Shown here: piece after piece, positions 54,378-64,000 of the stretch
How the letters are laid out: the number at the start of each line of letters is the position of its first letter
How positions within the stretch are numbered: the first letter of the stretch is position 1
Origin: Chloroflexota bacterium
GTDB lineage: Bacteria; Chloroflexota; Dormibacteria; CF-121
NCBI GenBank assembly: GCA_005881215.1
Contig: VBDZ01000001.1
Span: 2,998 to 66,997 of the forward strand
DNA length: 64,000 nt
Reading direction: 5' to 3'
Notes under the pieces: model-generated
Told to the model about the DNA's origin: nothing
The model's database searches: none
The model's input: the letters and a program-made list of their open reading frames with translations, nothing else
Program-made: the position numbers and the translations under genes

Positions 54378-55851
54378 GCGCGAGGTCAAGCTCGCGGTCA
54401 CGCCGGGGTTTCGGCTGCCCGACCTCGACGATGTCGCCGCCGCGGTCGAGACCACGCCGGTCGACGAGCACCGGTTGGAGACGGTCTACTACGACACGCC
54501 GGACCTGCGCCTGGCTCGTTGGGGTTGCAACTTTCGGCTCCGCCAGGGCGAGGGCTGGACGCTGAAGCTCCCAACCACCAGCGAGGGGCCGACGCTGACC
54601 CGACGAGAGCTCGAGTTTCCCGGGAGCGGTGGCCGTCCGCCAGAGGCGGCGGTCGCCCTGGTGATCGCGTACGTCCGGCGATCGACGCTCGTCCCGGTGG
54701 CCAGCCTGTCGACGTTGCGCCGCCGGGTGCAGCTGAAGAACCGCGAGGGCGCGGTGCTGGCGGAAGTGGTCGACGATGATGTTTCGGTCATCCAGGGCCT
54801 GCGAGTACAGAGTCGATTCCGCGAGGTCGAGGTCGAGCTGCGCGATCCCTCGGCGGAGCGGTTGCTCGAGCCGATCCTGGCCCGGCTGCGTGACGCCGGC
54901 GCCGCCGACGAGGACCAGGCCTCCAAGGTGGTGCGAGCCCTGGGCGCGCGCGCCACCGCGGCGCCGGAAGTCGACCCGATCCCGGTCTCGTCCACCTCCA
55001 CCGCCGGCGAGCTGGTCCGTCATATCCTCGCCGTCTCGGTCGCCAGCCTGCTGCGCCACGACCCCGGCGTGCGCCTCGGCGACGACCCGGAGGATGTCCA
55101 TCGCGCCCGGGTCGCGACCCGACGGTTGCGCTCGCAACTGCGCACCTTCCGCAGCCTGCTCGATCAGGACTGGGCGAATGCGCTGCGCGAAGACCTGCGC
55201 TGGCTGGGCGCCGGGCTGGGCAGCGTACGCGACCGGCAGGTGATGAGCCAGCGGCTGCGCGGCCGGACCACAGCACTGATCGAGGATGACGGACCGGTGG
55301 TCGCCGAGCTGGCCGACGAACTCCAGGCCGAAAGCGAGGAGGCCCGAGGTCGCCTGGTGCTCGATATGCGCTCCGATCGCTATATCGATTTGGTCGAGCG
55401 GCTGGTCGACGCCTCAAGCGCGCCGGCGCTGGTCGCGGAGGCGCAACAGCCGGCGGCGACGGCGGTCCCCGCGCTCGCGCGACGTGACTGGAAGCGCTTG
55501 CGGAAAGGCGTGTCGCGGATGCCTGATTCCCCGGCCGACGCGCAGCTGCATCGGACCCGCATCCTCGCGAAGCGCGTTCGCTATGCCGCCGAAGCCGGCG
55601 CGCCCATCGTCGGGAAGGTCGCGAGTCAGCTCGCCGATGCGGCTGCCGGCCTTCAGGATGTGCTCGGCGACCACCAGGACAGCGTGACGGCTCAGCGCTG
55701 GTTGCGTGGGGCTGGGCAGCAGGGCCAGCGGGCCTTCGTCGCGGGTGAACTATGCGCCATGGAACGTGACGCGGCGGCGCATGACCGGGCGGAATGGCCT
55801 AAAGTCTGGAAAAAAGTTGACCGCAAGCGGCTCAGAAGGTGGATGATATGA
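54370..55851 (+). CDS. CYTH-domain plus CHAD-domain protein
   Basis: N-terminal CYTH (EREVKL...E.E.K) and C-terminal CHAD (HRARVATRRLRSQLRTFR). ATGCTTGA overlap with ppk1. Confidence 0.8.
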   Translation: MLEREVKLAVTPGFRLPDLDDVAAAVETTPVDEHRLETVYYDTPDLRLARWGCNFRLRQGEGWTLKLPTTSEGPTLTRRELEFPGSGGRPPEAAVALVIAYVRRSTLVPVASLSTLRRRVQLKNREGAVLAEVVDDDVSVIQGLRVQSRFREVEVELRDPSAERLLEPILARLRDAGAADEDQASKVVRALGARATAAPEVDPIPVSSTSTAGELVRHILAVSVASLLRHDPGVRLGDDPEDVHRARVATRRLRSQLRTFRSLLDQDWANALREDLRWLGAGLGSVRDRQVMSQRLRGRTTALIEDDGPVVAELADELQAESEEARGRLVLDMRSDRYIDLVERLVDASSAPALVAEAQQPAATAVPALARRDWKRLRKGVSRMPDSPADAQLHRTRILAKRVRYAAEAGAPIVGKVASQLADAAAGLQDVLGDHQDSVTAQRWLRGAGQQGQRAFVAGELCAMERDAAAHDRAEWPKVWKKVDRKRLRRWMI

Positions 55852-56342
55852 CCCAAGCCGCGTTGACGCACCAATCGTCGCAGCAACAAATACCGCAAGG
55901 GGTGTCCATGGCAGCAAAGATCTTGAATGTCGATGAGGCCAAGCTGGTCAAGGCAGCGGGGGGCGTGGTCCGGCGAAACGGCTCGCGCGGAACCATGCGA
56001 GTGGCGATCGTCCACCGTCCGGGCTATGACGACTGGTCGTTTCCCAAGGGCAAGGTCGACCGCGGCGAGACGCTCGAGGAAACGGCGCTCCGCGAGGTCG
56101 AGGAAGAGACGGGACTGCGCTGCAAACTGATATCTCCGCTCGGCTGCACGGCGTATGCAGATCACAAAGGTCGCGACAAGGTCGCCTGCTACTGGCTGAT
56201 GGACGTCGTCGGTGGCCGCTTTCGAGCCGGCAGCGAAGTCGATGAAGTTCGCTGGGTCACCGTCGACGAAGCCCTCGACCTGCTCAGTTATCGTCGCGAT
56301 CGCGCGCTGCTCCGTGCCTTCGACCTGGAAGCGACCGCCTAG
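55848..56342 (+). CDS. NUDIX hydrolase
   Basis: Nudix box GKVDRGETLEETALREVEEETGL. ATGA overlap with the CHAD gene stop. Confidence 0.7.
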   Translation: MTQAALTHQSSQQQIPQGVSMAAKILNVDEAKLVKAAGGVVRRNGSRGTMRVAIVHRPGYDDWSFPKGKVDRGETLEETALREVEEETGLRCKLISPLGCTAYADHKGRDKVACYWLMDVVGGRFRAGSEVDEVRWVTVDEALDLLSYRRDRALLRAFDLEATA

Positions 56343-56353
56343 TCCCGCTCGGA

Positions 56354-56812
56354 ATGGCGGCTTATGTCGTCCGCCATGCCAAGGCGGGTGACCGCGAGGA
56401 GTGGGAGGGGGACGACCGGCTCCGGCCGCTGACGAAGTCCGGCCGGCAGCAGGCCGAAGCGCTGGCCGAGCGCCTCAAGGACGAGCCGATCGACCGGCTT
56501 CTCTCCAGCCCGTACGTCCGCTGCCTGCAAACCATCGAACCGCTGGCTGCCAGGCGCAAGCTACCGATCGAGCCGCGAAAAGACCTCGAGGAAGGGGCGG
56601 GCGGTGAGAGCGTGATCCGCCTGATGCAATCGTTTAAGGGTCAGAACCTCGTCCTCTGCACCCATGGCGACGTCAGTGAGGAGCTACTGGAACGATTGGT
56701 CGAGCAAGGCGTCGTCGCCAGGACCGCGGCCCGCAACGAGAAGGGCGGGACCTGGGTGCTGTACGACGAGAACGGCCGGGTCACCAGCGCGAAGTATCTG
56801 CCAGCCCCGTAA
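56354..56812 (+). CDS. Histidine phosphatase (SixA-type phosphohistidine phosphatase)
   Basis: RHA motif (VVRHAKAG) with catalytic His, plus the downstream H motif (CTHGDV). Confidence 0.75.
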   Translation: MAAYVVRHAKAGDREEWEGDDRLRPLTKSGRQQAEALAERLKDEPIDRLLSSPYVRCLQTIEPLAARRKLPIEPRKDLEEGAGGESVIRLMQSFKGQNLVLCTHGDVSEELLERLVEQGVVARTAARNEKGGTWVLYDENGRVTSAKYLPAP

Positions 56813-56822
56813 AAGCTCGCCG

Positions 56823-57833
56823 CTAGCCCCGCAAGCCGGCCGTACTCAGGATGGCGTATGCCACCCAGGCGGTGAGGCCGGCAGCCGGGATGGTTAGCAC
56901 CCACGCCGTAACGATGTTGGCGCCCACGCCCCATCGCAAGGCGGAGAGCCGCCGTGACGCGCCTGCTCCCATCACGGAGCCAGTGATCACGTGCGTGGTC
57001 GACACGGGCAGACCGAATTGCGTCGCAAACTGGATGACGGCGGCCCCCGTCAGTTGGGCCGCCATACCCGTTGCCGGATCCAGCTTGTAGATACGCCAGC
57101 CAAGCGTCCGGATGATCCGCCACCCGCCGGCATAAGTCCCGAAGGCGATTGCTGTCGCCGAGAGCAGAACCACCCAAACGGGGACCTGGAACGTCGCGAG
57201 GTGGCCTGTGGCCACCAACGCGAGAGTCATGACGGCCATTGTCTTTTGCGCGTCATTCGCGCCATGTGAGTATGAAACGAGGGCGCCGGTCAAGATCTGG
57301 AGGCTGCGAAACGTCCGGTTCAGGGGTGCTGGTCGGGCACCGTGAAGAACGACCAACAGCGCCGTCATAAAGATGGCGGCCACAAGCAAGCCGACAGGAG
57401 GCGAAATCACGAGCGATAGTACGGTCTTCCAAAACTCGGCAGCTTTAACACCGCTCAGACCATGGGCGGCCGCAATTGCAGCACCGCTCAGTCCCCCCAC
57501 CAGGGCGTGCGTGGAGCTGCTCGGCAGCCCGAGGTACCAGGTGACGAGGTTCCAGGTGATGGCACCTACAAGAGCGGCGATGATGACGACCAGACCGGCC
57601 TTGAAGGACACGATCTTCGCAATCGTGTTCGAGACCTTGGCCTGGAAGAACACCACGGTGATCACGGCACCTGCCAGGTTGAGCACGGAGGCGATCAGCA
57701 CGGCCAGCCGAGGCGACACGGCACGGGTCGACACCGAGGTTGCAATGGCGTTGGCCGTGTCATGAAAACCGTTCGTGAAGTCGAAGCCGACCGCGATCAG
57801 GATGGTGATAAGCAGCAAGAGCTGCTCAGGCAT
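56823..57833 (-). CDS. Inorganic phosphate transporter, PiT family
   Basis: PHO4 signatures (GFDFTNGFHDTANAIAT; GANDAQKTMAV). Confidence 0.85.
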   Translation of the reverse strand: MPEQLLLLITILIAVGFDFTNGFHDTANAIATSVSTRAVSPRLAVLIASVLNLAGAVITVVFFQAKVSNTIAKIVSFKAGLVVIIAALVGAITWNLVTWYLGLPSSSTHALVGGLSGAAIAAAHGLSGVKAAEFWKTVLSLVISPPVGLLVAAIFMTALLVVLHGARPAPLNRTFRSLQILTGALVSYSHGANDAQKTMAVMTLALVATGHLATFQVPVWVVLLSATAIAFGTYAGGWRIIRTLGWRIYKLDPATGMAAQLTGAAVIQFATQFGLPVSTTHVITGSVMGAGASRRLSALRWGVGANIVTAWVLTIPAAGLTAWVAYAILSTAGLRG

Positions 57834-58434
57834 TCTTGATCGAGGTCGCCTCCAGGACGTTGGCCACGTGCTCGCACTGGTCCATGGTGGTTTCGAGCAG
57901 ATCGTAGAGGTCCTTCCATTTCACCAGGTCGCTTGGACTGGCACCGTCGGTGAAGAGCTGGGCCAGCGCCTCGCGCGTGATCCGGTCGCCCTCGTTCTCC
58001 AGGCTATGGATCGCCAGGCGATGCGACGCAAGGTCCTTGAACCCCTCGAGCCCGGCCACCGCGAGTTCGAGCTCCTTGCCCGCCCTGGCGAGCGCCTCAC
58101 CCATTCGGCGAGCTGAGGGGGTGATCTCCTGGACCCGGTAGAGGTCGATCTTGTCGGAGACTTCCTCGGCGAGATCGACGACCTCGTCGAGGGATGAGGC
58201 GAGGTCATAAATGTCTTCCCGCTCGAACGGCGTCACGAACGTCTGGTTGATCAGGTTGTAGATCTCGTGGGTGACGTCATCGCATTCGTGTTCCAGTTCT
58301 CGAAGACGAGGATGCCGGGTCTGGCCCTCCAGCAAACCGTTCCGCAATTGGTCGAGTGATTCGCTCACCAACTCGCCTTGCCGCTTGAATAGCGCGTAGA
58401 ACCGCCGCTCCTGGGGTACCAGGCTCAATCTCAT
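57826..58434 (-). CDS. DUF47/PhoU-like accessory protein paired with PiT
   Basis: Helical PhoU-like repeat; 8-nt overlap with the pit start. Confidence 0.75.
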   Translation of the reverse strand: MRLSLVPQERRFYALFKRQGELVSESLDQLRNGLLEGQTRHPRLRELEHECDDVTHEIYNLINQTFVTPFEREDIYDLASSLDEVVDLAEEVSDKIDLYRVQEITPSARRMGEALARAGKELELAVAGLEGFKDLASHRLAIHSLENEGDRITREALAQLFTDGASPSDLVKWKDLYDLLETTMDQCEHVANVLEATSIKNA

Positions 58435-58561
58435 GCCGCACCTCCGGTGGTGGCTCGACGTCCCCCCTGCAACCTTAAAGGAAGCAGCCGGGCGCCTCCC
58501 GCTGCTGGAGCGGCGTTCTTTTCGCGGGCGCGGCTACCGCCTTTGCTAGATTCGGGCCGGG

Positions 58562-59656
58562 ATGTCGCGGTTCTGGCGACGAAGAGGTGACGGAGGTGGC
58601 GACGGAGGGTCCCAGCATGCAGGGCCCTCACCTGGCGATGCCGCTCAGGTCGGCGAGCCGGCGTCCTTCCTCGACCATACCGAGGAAGGTATGGTTCTCA
58701 TCGAGGGCCGCATCGTCCGCTGGCTGAATCCCGCGGCACGGCTGATCTTCAGCGCCGCCGAGCACCCGACGGGCCGACCGCTGGTTGAGGTGGTCCGCGA
58801 CCATCGGATCGAAGCCCTGGTAGCCCGGGCGCAACAGGCGGGGCTCGAACAGACGATCGAGGTGGAATTGCCGCTATCGGGCCGGCGGCTCCAGGCTCGC
58901 GCGGTGCCGTTCGGCACGGAGGCGGTGGGCCTATTGGTGCGTGATATCAGTCGCGTCCGTTACCTGGAAACCGTTCGGCAGCAGTTCGTCGCCAACCTTT
59001 CGCATGAGATGCGCACCCCGCTGGCCGGGCTGGATCTCGCGGCCCAAACCCTATCGGGCCAGCTTCCTGCTGACGGCGATGCCCGCTCATTCATCGATCG
59101 CGTCATCCAGGAATCGCAGCGCCTCCAGGCGATTCTCCGGAACCTGACGCAGCTGGCCGCGCTCGACGCGCAAGGCGTCGAGGTCGACCACGCCCCCTTC
59201 AGCCTGGCCGAGCTCGTTCGGGAACTGGTGGATCGCTACCAGCCGCGGGCTACCGCGGCCAGTCTCGAGGTTCGCGTCGAGATGGCGGATGGCCGAATCG
59301 AGGCCCTGGGCGATAAGGGCAAAACCGACCAGGCCCTGGAGAAGATCCTTGACAACGCGCTGAAATTCACCAGCGCGGGCGAGGTCGTCGTGTCGGCTCG
59401 CGACGACTTGTCACGAGTTGAGATCACCGTCCGCGACACCGGCGTGGGCATTCCGCCGCGGGATCTGCCACGCATCTTCGAGCGGTTTTATAAGGTGGAC
59501 CGCGCCCGCGGCGGTCAGCCGGGAAGCGGCCTGGGGCTGTCCATCGCCCGCCACCTGGTGGAGCTGCAGGGCGGAACGATCACCGCCGAGAGCACTCCTG
59601 GTGCCGGAACACTGGTTCGAGTGCGGCTTCCGCGCGCGCCCTTAACCTCTCGTTAA
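58562..59656 (+). CDS. Soluble PAS-containing sensor histidine kinase (HisKA plus HATPase_c)
   Basis: H-box (LSHEMRTPL), N, G1 (DTGVGI) and G2 (GSGLGLSI) boxes. No TM helices. The start may be the internal Met near 58694. Confidence 0.75.
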   Translation: MSRFWRRRGDGGGDGGSQHAGPSPGDAAQVGEPASFLDHTEEGMVLIEGRIVRWLNPAARLIFSAAEHPTGRPLVEVVRDHRIEALVARAQQAGLEQTIEVELPLSGRRLQARAVPFGTEAVGLLVRDISRVRYLETVRQQFVANLSHEMRTPLAGLDLAAQTLSGQLPADGDARSFIDRVIQESQRLQAILRNLTQLAALDAQGVEVDHAPFSLAELVRELVDRYQPRATAASLEVRVEMADGRIEALGDKGKTDQALEKILDNALKFTSAGEVVVSARDDLSRVEITVRDTGVGIPPRDLPRIFERFYKVDRARGGQPGSGLGLSIARHLVELQGGTITAESTPGAGTLVRVRLPRAPLTSR

Positions 59657-59765
59657 CCGTCCGCCCACCGGGCGATTACGTGGCGTGGCTAGGATCGGAG
59701 ATAGATCGCCCGCGCTCACCCGTGCCGCAGTTCTCGCTCGATTTGAAGGAGGAAGCATCGCCAGC

Positions 59766-60875
59766 ATGAAAGGTATCCTCGTGGCCGCGTCGGTCGCCGC
59801 AGGCTTACTGCTCGCCGCTTGCGGCGGCACCTCGTCGGCGACCACCACTCCCGCGACCGGGGGCGCCGGCGCGCCAACCCCGCCCGCCGCCTCCCTGAAT
59901 GGCGCGGGCGCGACCTTTCCGGCGCCGTTTTATCAGGCGGCCTTCTATGCCTACAACCAGAAGTTCAGCCAGGTCACGGTCAATTACCAGCCGGTTGGCT
60001 CCGGGGCCGGCATTCAACAGCTGAGCAAGAAGACCGTCGATTTCGGCGCCAGCGACGTCCCCCTGAAAACCTCGGAGGCAGCCGCCATGGGCGGCCCCGA
60101 TAAGGTGGTGCAGATCGCCAGCACCCTCGGCACCGAGTCGCTCGCCTACAACCTGCAGGGCATCGGAGATGGCCAGCTCAAGCTCACGCCGGACACGATC
60201 GCCGCGATCTTCCTGGGCACCATCAAGAAGTGGAATGACCCCGCGCTGAAGGCCGACAACAGCGGTCTCAACCTGCCGAACCAGGACATTCGGGTCGTCC
60301 ACCGCTCGGACGGCAGCGGAACGACGTATATCTTCACGGACTATCTCTCCAACGTCAGTGCCGCTTGGAAGGCGAAGACCGGGGGACCCGGCAAATCCGT
60401 GAACTGGCCGGTTGGCGATGGTGCGTCGGGCAATGCGGGTGTAGCGACCCGGATCACGCAAACGCCCGGTGCGATCGGCTACGTGGAGCTCGCCTACGTG
60501 CTGCAGACCAAGATGACGCAGGCCCAGCTGAAGAATGCGGACGGCAACTTCGTGCTTCCCAGCGCGGCCGGGGCGACGGCGGCCGCCAGTCAGTACCTCG
60601 GCACATCGCCCACCAACTTCTCCATTGTCAACGCGCCCGGTAAGGACAGCGCCCCGATCAGCGGCTATAGCTGGCTGATGGTATACACCGACCAGCCGGA
60701 CAAGACCAAGGGGACGGCGACGGTCGACCTGCTGGACTGGCTGGTCAACGACGGCCAGCAATACGCCGTGAATCTTCACTACGCGAAGCTCCCCAGCAAT
60801 ATGGTGGCGAACGACATCGCCGCCCTGAAAGGCGTCACCTCCGGGGGGAGCGCGCTCCTCAAGGTCTCGTCCTAA
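59766..60875 (+). CDS. pstS: Phosphate ABC transporter substrate-binding lipoprotein PstS
   Basis: Lipobox (LLAACGG). PstS motifs (GAGATFPAPFY...; SDGSGTTYIFTDYLS). Confidence 0.85.
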   Translation: MKGILVAASVAAGLLLAACGGTSSATTTPATGGAGAPTPPAASLNGAGATFPAPFYQAAFYAYNQKFSQVTVNYQPVGSGAGIQQLSKKTVDFGASDVPLKTSEAAAMGGPDKVVQIASTLGTESLAYNLQGIGDGQLKLTPDTIAAIFLGTIKKWNDPALKADNSGLNLPNQDIRVVHRSDGSGTTYIFTDYLSNVSAAWKAKTGGPGKSVNWPVGDGASGNAGVATRITQTPGAIGYVELAYVLQTKMTQAQLKNADGNFVLPSAAGATAAASQYLGTSPTNFSIVNAPGKDSAPISGYSWLMVYTDQPDKTKGTATVDLLDWLVNDGQQYAVNLHYAKLPSNMVANDIAALKGVTSGGSALLKVSS

Positions 60876-60882
60876 CGAGCGA

Positions 60883-61866
60883 ATGGGCAAGGGGACGGCC
60901 GAACGGGTAGCCCCGGCGCCGCTGGTGGCCACGAGCCGCCAGCGGCGACTCATTTCCGGCGACGACGTCTTCCGCGCGGTTGCGTTCGCCGCCGCGGCCC
61001 TCATCCTGGTGATCGCGGCGATTTTTGTCGTTGCCCTCATTGTCCCGGCCCTGCCGGCGATTGCCCGGTTCGGGCTTGGCTTCTTCATCGGCCGGACCTG
61101 GGACCCGGTGCGAACGCAGTTCGGCGCCCTGTCGGCGATCTACGGTACCGCGGTGACCTCGGTGATCGGGCTGCTCATCGCGTTTCCGATCGGGTTGGCC
61201 GCCGCCCTGTTCCTGGCCGAAGAGTCCGGGGTGCGCCTGCTACGCGGCCCGCTCTCCTTCGCCATCGAACTACTGGCGGGCATCCCCAGTGTCGTCATCG
61301 GTCTCTTCGCGTTCTTCATCCTGACCCCGTTGATGCGTGACGACGTTGACCCGTTTCTCAATCACACCCTTGGGTTCCTGCCGCTGTTTCAGGGCTCGCC
61401 GAGCGGCTATGGGTACCTGACCGCCGGCCTGGTGCTCGCCATCATGGTCCTGCCGATCATGACCGCGCTGTCCCGTGACGTGATCCGAGCCGTTCCGCGG
61501 GCGCTCCGCGAAGCCAGCCTCGCGCTGGGCGCGACCAATGCCGAGACGATCTGGTCCGTCATCCTGCCGTATGCGCGGGTGGGGATCACCGGCGCCGCCC
61601 TCCTATCGCTGGGGCGCGCTCTCGGCGAAACCATCGCGGTCACCATGGTGATTGGCAACCGGAATGAAATCAGTGCCTCGCTGTTCGCCTCGGGATACAC
61701 GCTGCCGAGCGTGATCGCGAACGAGTTCACCGAAGCGGTTGGCAACGTGTACCTCGGCTCGCTCTTTTACCTTGGGCTGGTCCTGGTCCTGATCACCATC
61801 GCGGTCAATGTCCTGGCCCGGCTTCTCGTCTGGCGTTTTACCGGCTCGGAGCCCATGGCCACATGA
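60883..61866 (+). CDS. pstC: Phosphate ABC transporter permease PstC
   Basis: Six TM helices; EAA region. Confidence 0.85.
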   Translation: MGKGTAERVAPAPLVATSRQRRLISGDDVFRAVAFAAAALILVIAAIFVVALIVPALPAIARFGLGFFIGRTWDPVRTQFGALSAIYGTAVTSVIGLLIAFPIGLAAALFLAEESGVRLLRGPLSFAIELLAGIPSVVIGLFAFFILTPLMRDDVDPFLNHTLGFLPLFQGSPSGYGYLTAGLVLAIMVLPIMTALSRDVIRAVPRALREASLALGATNAETIWSVILPYARVGITGAALLSLGRALGETIAVTMVIGNRNEISASLFASGYTLPSVIANEFTEAVGNVYLGSLFYLGLVLVLITIAVNVLARLLVWRFTGSEPMAT

Positions 61867-62702
61867 GCCGCCCGCTGGTCCGGATCTTCCTCGACCGGCT
61901 CGTGGCGGCGCTGATCGCGCTGTGCGTCATGGTTGCGGCTATTCCCGTCCTGGTGCTCTTGCTCTTCGTCGTCATCAAAGGTTTGCCCGGCTTGCTCACA
62001 CCGGGGTTCTTTACCGACCCGCCTCACCCCCAGGGTGTCCCGGGCGGCGGCGTTCTGAACGCGATCATCGGCACGCTCGAAATCGTGGGGATGGCCTCCC
62101 TGCTGGCGGTGCCCATTGGCGCGCTGATCGGCGTCTTTCTTTCCGAGTATGGACGCAACCGGCTGGGTGACACCGTCCGATTCATCAGCGATGTCCTGAC
62201 CGGCCTGCCTTCGATCGCCTTCGGGATCTTTGGCTATACCGTAGTGGTCTTGACGACGCATCATTTCTCCGCCATCTCGGCATCGGTCGCCCTGGCGGTG
62301 CTGATGCTGCCGGTGATTCTGCGGGCCACCGAGAGCGCCCTCATGCTGGTTCCTCAGGCGCTCCGGGAGGCGGGGCTGGCTCTCGGCGCACCCAGCTGGC
62401 GCGTCACCGTCGAAATCGTCGTGCCGGCGGCACTGGGCGGCATTGTCACGGGCGCGCTCCTTGCCATCGCGCGCGCCGCGGGCGAGACCGCGCCCCTGCT
62501 GTTCACGGCGTTCGGCAACGAGATCGTGCAATCGAATCCTCTCCAGCCGATGGGGGCGCTCGCGCTGACCGTCTTCAGGAACGCGCTGTCCCCCTACCAG
62601 AATCTCCAAGACCAGGCCTGGGCGGCGGCCCTGCTGCTCGTGCTGCTCGTCGCCTCGGCCAATATCCTCGCCCGGCTCTACGTGCGCCGGATCCAGCGCT
62701 GA
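61863..62702 (+). CDS. pstA: Phosphate ABC transporter permease PstA
   Basis: Six TM helices; overlaps pstC by 4 nt. Confidence 0.85.
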   Translation: MSRPLVRIFLDRLVAALIALCVMVAAIPVLVLLLFVVIKGLPGLLTPGFFTDPPHPQGVPGGGVLNAIIGTLEIVGMASLLAVPIGALIGVFLSEYGRNRLGDTVRFISDVLTGLPSIAFGIFGYTVVVLTTHHFSAISASVALAVLMLPVILRATESALMLVPQALREAGLALGAPSWRVTVEIVVPAALGGIVTGALLAIARAAGETAPLLFTAFGNEIVQSNPLQPMGALALTVFRNALSPYQNLQDQAWAAALLLVLLVASANILARLYVRRIQR

Positions 62703-62719
62703 GCGGCTGTTAAGGGAGA

Positions 62720-63547
62720 ATGATTTCCAGCCCCACGATGCAGACTGAAATCGCCCCGCGGCCGGTCGCGGACGCCGATGCCGAGATCAAGCTGGACGCC
62801 CGGCATGTCAACTTCTTCTATGGCGACTTTCAGGCACTGGAGGACGCCTCGCTGGCGGTGCAGGCGCGCCGGATCACGGCACTGATCGGGCCATCGGGCT
62901 GTGGAAAAACCACCTTCCTGCGGATTTTCAACCGGATGCACGACCTCACCCCCAGCACCCGCGCCACCGGCGAGGTGCTGCTCGACGGCCACAACGTGCT
63001 CGACCCCGATACCGATGTCATCCAGCTCCGCCGGCAGGTCGGCATGCTCTTTCAGCGGCCGAACCCGTTCCCCAAATCGATCTACGACAACGTCGCCTAC
63101 GGCCCTCACATGCTCGGCTGGTCCAAATCCCGGATCAACGACATCGTCGAGCAGAGCCTGAAGGACACCGGGCTGTGGGACGAAGTGCAGAATCGGCTAC
63201 GACGCTCGGCGCTCAACCTTTCCGGGGGTCAGCAGCAGCGTCTCTGCCTGGCGCGTGCCCTGGCGGTGGAACCCCAGGTGATCCTGATGGACGAGCCGGC
63301 GTCGGCGCTCGACCCGATTGCCACCCTGCGGATTGAAGAGCTCATGCAAGATCTCAAGAAGCGGTATACGATCGTGATCGTGACGCACAACATGCAACAG
63401 GCTTCACGGGTCTCCGATTTCACGGCCTTCATGTTGATGAACCAGCGACGCGCCGGCGAGGTCATCGAGTTCGGGCCCACCGACGACATCTTCAATCGCC
63501 CGAAGGAGAGCCGGACCGAGGATTACATCACCGGCCGATTCGGGTAG
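62720..63547 (+). CDS. pstB: Phosphate ABC transporter ATP-binding protein PstB
   Basis: Walker A (GPSGCGKTT), signature (LSGGQQQRL), Walker B (VILMDEP). Confidence 0.9.
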   Translation: MISSPTMQTEIAPRPVADADAEIKLDARHVNFFYGDFQALEDASLAVQARRITALIGPSGCGKTTFLRIFNRMHDLTPSTRATGEVLLDGHNVLDPDTDVIQLRRQVGMLFQRPNPFPKSIYDNVAYGPHMLGWSKSRINDIVEQSLKDTGLWDEVQNRLRRSALNLSGGQQQRLCLARALAVEPQVILMDEPASALDPIATLRIEELMQDLKKRYTIVIVTHNMQQASRVSDFTAFMLMNQRRAGEVIEFGPTDDIFNRPKESRTEDYITGRFG

Positions 63548-63558
63548 CAATCCAGGTC

Positions 63559-64000
63559 GTGGCCACCACCCGGACCCTATTTGATCAAGAGCTTGCCGAG
63601 CTGAAGACCGGCGTGCTGCGGATGGGCAGCATGGTCGAACAGGCGATCGCCGAATCGATGCGCGCCCTGGTCGATCGTGACAATGCTCTGGCGAAGGAGG
63701 TCATCGCTCGAGATCAAGACGTCAATGAGCTCCATCGCCAGCTGCGCGAGCGGGCCTTCATGATCATGGCCACCCAGCAGCCGGTGGCCCGCGACCTGCG
63801 CTTGATCGTGAGCTTCCAGCACATGGTGCTCGAGCTGGAGCGGATGGGTGACCACGCCGTCGGCATTGCCCGGGCGGCGCTCCGGCTCAACGACATGCCG
63901 CAGCTCAAGCCCTATATCGACCTGCCCAGGATGGCCGAGATCACCGAATCGCAGGTGCACGAGATCCTCGGCGCCGTGATCGAAGCCGACCAGGACAAGG
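63559..64000 (+). CDS. phoU: Phosphate uptake regulator PhoU (3' end beyond window)
   Basis: GTG start after pstB. Translates to VATTRTLFDQELAELK...ERMGDHAVGIA, typical PhoU repeats. The ORF is open to the end of the window and not in the ORF track. Confidence 0.7.
   Translation, partial: MATTRTLFDQELAELKTGVLRMGSMVEQAIAESMRALVDRDNALAKEVIARDQDVNELHRQLRERAFMIMATQQPVARDLRLIVSFQHMVLELERMGDHAVGIARAALRLNDMPQLKPYIDLPRMAEITESQVHEILGAVIEADQDK

Overview
This is a gene-dense, high-GC bacterial chromosomal segment; by eye roughly two-thirds G+C, with strongly GC-biased third codon positions. The gene content looks actinobacterium-like: imuB-dnaE2, tandem glutamine synthetases, ppk1-CHAD-Nudix-SixA, and a pit/pstSCAB-phoU phosphate module. 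I place about 60 protein genes, one tRNA-Gly(CCC), one clear intrinsic terminator and a few candidate operator palindromes. I see no CRISPR array, integrase, transposase or rRNA. The observations I rate highest are: (1) an unlisted 44-aa lysine-rich protein gene (6894..7028, minus strand) with its own Shine-Dalgarno site, which shows that the N-terminus of the listed 755-aa GH65 ORF is spurious and leaves that gene without a canonical start codon; (2) an 84-aa ORF translationally coupled between imuB and dnaE2; (3) a four-gene overlapping operon of Rrf2 regulator, two ThiF/MoeB-type E1-like enzymes and MTA phosphorylase, with no sulfur-carrier protein in view; (4) an alpha-glucan neighbourhood containing a 1219-aa GH57::GlgA fusion, a second GH57, a GT4, a GalT-like HIT enzyme and a nucleotidyltransferase::phosphohexomutase fusion, but no glgC or GH13 branching enzyme; (5) an array of small GC-rich hairpins with a 23-nt tandem repeat upstream of a small membrane protein. 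Many long ORFs in the six-frame track are antisense or alternate-frame artefacts of the GC content and are rejected below.
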